From NCBI GenBank assembly GCA_051294905.1, contig CM119385.1, positions 12,710,001 through 12,774,000 of the forward strand: 64,000 bases of DNA. Direction: 5' to 3'. Each line of letters begins with the position of its first letter. Within the stretch, counting starts at the first letter, position 1. Positions 60,071 through 64,000 of the stretch are shown here, piece after piece. Position numbers and translations under genes: made by a program. The stretch is from Botryllus schlosseri (taxonomy: Eukaryota). The notes below the pieces were generated by a model, which ran no database searches, was not told the DNA's origin, and was given only the letters and a program-made list of their open reading frames with translations.

Positions 60071-61329
60071 GGCTGAGAAGCGGCATATTATTTGTAATTA
60101 TTCCTATTGACAAGATTACTTGAACATCAATCTATGTCGAAATAGACACTTACGTGACCTTTGACACAAACCAATCAGGTTGCAGCAGAATGTAAACAAA
60201 GAACAAGGCCGGGCAAGCTTACTATGAGCTCTTATGGGAAATGGTTGAAAAATGAAGGTTTTAAGCAAATTTACGTTGAATTGGCGATGACTGGCCTTAA
60301 TAAATAGTAATAGCGTAGAGCTAGTATGTAGTTGCAGCTTTAAGTCTAGGATGAACATGAATGGTGGTAAGTACGCATCAGCGTGCTGTGTCCAAATGCA
60401 TGGTTTTTTGACAACTTTTCGGATTAAGCGATGATTGTTGTATACTATACTATAGGATTGTTGTAATGCATATTTTGACGATTTCATAGGCTGCCGGTCT
60501 CGAGCGTAATTTTCAAGCATATCTCATGTTCAGAAACATATGCTATAAAATACAGCTGCTGCCACACATCACAATTTTGGTGTATTGATTATGAAACTTG
60601 AAAGCTATGGAGATTCCATCGAATTTCTGGATTTGAGTGGAACAGCATCTTCTTCTAGCACCGCGGAGAAAGCTACGAAACATTTCATGGAGCGCTACGT
60701 ACACGACTTAGAGACAAAGATTGAGGAGACAATCCACTCTTTGTGGAAGCAATATTCTAGTGAACAGCCAATGTTATCGCAACTTGCGGAAAAGTGAGAT
60801 ATACTCAATGGAAATACACATTCTCAGAAAATCTATTATTAATTCGTCTTGCACTTGTAAGACAGGGTAAGTAAAGCAAAAGACATTTTTTTCAGAGATT
60901 CCTGCAATAGATGTTGTAACCATTATTTAATGTCACATTAGGTTCTGATATATGCTCTCATGCATATATGCATTGATTAAGACAATCCAGGACCTGAATC
61001 TACAAGGAGTACATTGTGATTTGCATCAGTCTCAGTGAGCTCGATCGTGATTGACAATCAATTTCTCGACCGTACTCGCAACCGATCAATTCCTGCCTCA
61101 AGGTAGATTTTGGTGTATCTGGTGTCTTCAGTTTTATAACATTCCACCAAACACAAATAATCCAAGTACATTTTCACCTGGAGAATTGTTCATTCAACAA
61201 ATTGGGCCTCTAAATAAGCTTCAATGCACACCACTGGAGTATAGTATGAATAGACATGCACTGTTGGTACACATTGACCATGGCACCGCGCAATTACGAT
61301 CCGTAGCATGCTATTAGGCATCACGGTAT

Positions 61330-61830
61330 TCACAATGGAACTGAATTTGCACGATTGCCGAATATGTTGCGTCGGTCATTTTTAATTTTCAATCTTGAAT
61401 TAGAGTAAGCAATTAGTCCATATTTGGTTAGTTGATACACAATGCTGCATAGTATGATACCAGACAAAATTTTATACTCCTTGATTCTTCCGATCAGCTG
61501 TTCAATATGAATACGTTGTCTCGCCATCTTTCTTGTTGTGGAACAGTCTGGCTCTGGCATTTGACGGTGTGCCAAATCATGTGCAGGAATATTTAAATCT
61601 AGATTCAATTTCTTGATTTCAGACTCAATGGTGAATCCCTTTTCTGCCATGATAGCATTTCCTGGTTCACCATAGCTGAACTCCATCATTGTCTCACATT
61701 TCTTGTCGAATCCACATATTTCACTAATATTTCGATCTGAAATGGTCCCTGTGAACAGTTCCTGCACGAAAGTAAGTGCACCACAATCCATCAATCCTTT
61801 CAAAGTTGTATGTGATTTATTGACAGTCAA
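61330..61830 (-). pseudogene. DDE_Tnp_4 (IS5/ISL2EU/Harbinger) transposase catalytic-domain remnant
   Basis: HTTLKGL..G.LTFV.ELF.G.ISDR.I...GF..GNAIMAEKGFTI..LNIP..TRKMARQRIHIEQLIGRIKEYKIL; catalytic-region DxG/DRGF and VER positions appear altered. Confidence 0.88.
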
Positions 61831-62539
61831 TAATCATTCTAGTTTTCAGAAATCATGAATGAATGCAAATGGTGCCTTTTTAAGAACCACATATCTACAT
61901 GGCCAAATCGAAATCTAATGAAGCAGTTATATACGGTTGACCCAATGGTTTAATACTATGCTTACAGCAATACTATAAATTTGACGTCAGTATGATGAAC
62001 AATTCAGAAAGAATTATGACATTATGATGCTCCTCTGAGAACTAAACTTCACTAGCAATAATTGTCCGTCAATTTGTAATTTTCCTGGACGGGTTTCCTG
62101 TTTTGTGCTTCTACTTCTTCCAGAAATTTGATTTTCTTGCATTTTATCCATCAAATTCCTCTTTCTGCAGCTTCATATAAGATATCCATCAAGCCTGCAC
62201 AAAATATATAATATGTTTATTTTACAGATCAATACTGCTGTGCACTTGTGCAGGCACCTATCAAGGCGTACTCGTCCGACTCATGCAACGTATCAGCGCT
62301 ACCAATTTCAACTATTCATCTCATTATTGAATATATTGCTCTCAACAGTTTCAATCCATTACACACCATCAAGCAACAAAACTGGAGTGGGATAAAACGA
62401 GACACACTCCAAGTCGATTGTGGCATCAAGTGTGACTGCATTTCAGATTAGACTCATTCTGAAACACAGAATTGTTTCATCTCAATTATGTCACGATTCC
62501 ATATTTTTGGTTCAATAATAGATAAGTCATTTTATTAAT

Positions 62540-62706
62540 AAAATGAGAATTCAGATGACTACAAGGAAGTCCACATGCCTTTATCCAGATTTTACATTCT
62601 TCCATGCATGTTATTGGCTCTGGGAAAGGTACAAGCGCACACCAGGAACGGTCTGGGTAGCCATCTCCAAGTTACACAGGCTATTAGCGCAGTGGTTATC
62701 CGGCAT
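62540..62706 (-). pseudogene. Frameshifted THAP zinc-finger remnant (N-terminus of the same transposase)
   Basis: Hand translation MPDNHCANSLCN, then after a frameshift YPDR..VPFPEP..C.IWIKACGLP..LN, which matches the THAP C..C / FP / W pattern. Confidence 0.6.
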
Positions 62707-64000
62707 TTGTCCTGATTGATTCAATACATGAGCTAGAACAAAAAATGACGATTTTAGCTGGAAACGGATAATGTTGCCTAACATATATCATATTAATATG
62801 ATCATTGAATATGCAGACAAGTGTCCAGTGTAACAGTAACTTGCTAGATAATGATGCAGACTGTAGACTGTACTATACGAATTCAGAAATAGAACACTTA
62901 TAACGCCAAGCCCACATAATGAATACCCCACATATCCTGACTCAAGACTAATCTAATAATGCTTTCGGTACGACAATCCCATTGTGTACGACTGAGGCTA
63001 ATACAGCAATAGTTGCTTCATCCGAAAAGTTGTCAGAAATCCATTCATTTGCACATACCATGCTGATGAGTGCTTGTCACCATTCATGTTTATTGTAGGT
63101 TAGAACACTGCAAATACATACTAGCTCTACGTTATTACCATTCACCAAAGCCAGCTATTCCTAATTCAATGTGATTTTGCCAAAAACCTTCATTTTTCAA
63201 CCCTTTTCCATAAGCGCTCATAGTGAGATTGCCCGGCCTTGTTCTTTGTTTACATCCTGCTGCTACCCGATTGGTTCGTGTCAAAGGTCACGTAAGTGTC
63301 TATTTGATGCGGTCTACCTAGGGGGGCGGCATTTTCAAGAGAGCCAGGGGCGGCAGCACATGCTGCTACGCCAGTGCTCCCACATACTAAGATATGCCAC
63401 CAATTTTCATCTTTTTTCCATTTTATTTTATCTTCTGTTAGTTTTAGGCAATAGGTTCATCATGATCATTTTACATGTTGGATGGATTTAGGCCTACGTG
63501 TTCAAGGTCAAAGCGTGTTGTTCGACTGAATGACCGCTACAAATCATCTCGGCTCATTTCTACCGAAACATTTATCGCAATCTTGTGATTATTATGAAAT
63601 TATTACATAAAGTAAACCAAAAACGTCGTTGCGATGGCTTCGCCCACCTAGTTCGGCCAAGTCACGGTCGGATTACGCCTGGTCATGGAAACACGGCCGA
63701 CATGTACAACGCATGCGTCATGGCCTTTCGGCCGACCGTCGGCCGAGCATGGAAACGAAGTAATAGTGTCCTATGTGGTATGGACACAAGCAAATCTCAC
63801 GGCTCAATGAAATTGGTCTACGTCACACTTTCCATTTGGTCAAAGGCAATTTGACGGTAGTTTTTGACCGACTTGCCGAGGATTAAATTTGATAAAACGG
63901 GTATCAATCGAAAGCTACCGCGGTGCTGGTTGTGAAAATATAAATTATATTCTGAGATTTTGGAACCCCCACGCAGCCACGCCGTCTGAGCAGCTCAGGA

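Larger units (their letters stand above)
60141..63304 (-). mobile_element. ISL2EU/Harbinger-superfamily element with ~135-bp TIRs
   Basis: 60141-~60275 is complementary to ~63175-63304 (AATAGACACTTACGTGACCTTTGACAC...); flanks CGA / TGA; contains THAP and DDE_Tnp_4 remnants. Confidence 0.8.
58429..63376 (+). mobile_element. Internally deleted hAT transposon (ZMYM1-like transposase relic) with three nested inserts
   Basis: TIRs CAGTGGCGTAGCAGC / GCTGCTACGCCAGTG; perfect TSD CTCCCACA (58421-58428, 63377-63384); GGGGCGGC subterminal motifs. Confidence 0.88.
57832..63762. mobile_element. Candidate outer TIR element (PIF/Harbinger-like ends) split by nested insertions
   Basis: TACTACGTTTCCATGCACGGCCGATGG matches the reverse complement of CCGTCGGCCGAGCATGGAAACGAAGTA at 24/27; both sides are flanked by ATA; TCGGCCGA motifs occur in both halves. 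Confidence 0.55.

Overview
AT-rich animal genomic DNA, probably an invertebrate deuterostome. A dense peak of ~60-nt introns suggests an ascidian, but that is inference. Positions 99-54393 (+) hold 80 exons of one intact axonemal outer-arm dynein beta-type heavy chain (DNAH9/11/17 group). I joined them by hand into a frame-consistent 13,020-nt ORF (4,339 aa plus stop) with all-GT-AG introns; roughly the first 115 aa lie upstream of the window. The long introns and the 3' flank (54.4-64 kb) are full of transposable elements: hAT MITEs with intact 8-bp target-site duplications (TSDs), often nested; a near-perfect 608-bp foldback element; a tRNA-derived SINE family; a CR1/L2-type LINE family; a Chapaev3-like transposase relic; and a three-level nest (Harbinger-like ends > hAT > THAP/DDE_Tnp_4 ISL2EU-like element with long inverted repeats). 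No bacterial features, CRISPR arrays, rRNA or true tRNA genes were seen. I found no convincing novel protein system; the most interesting signals are structural (transposon architecture, intron architecture). Family assignments rest on remembered motifs, not database searches.
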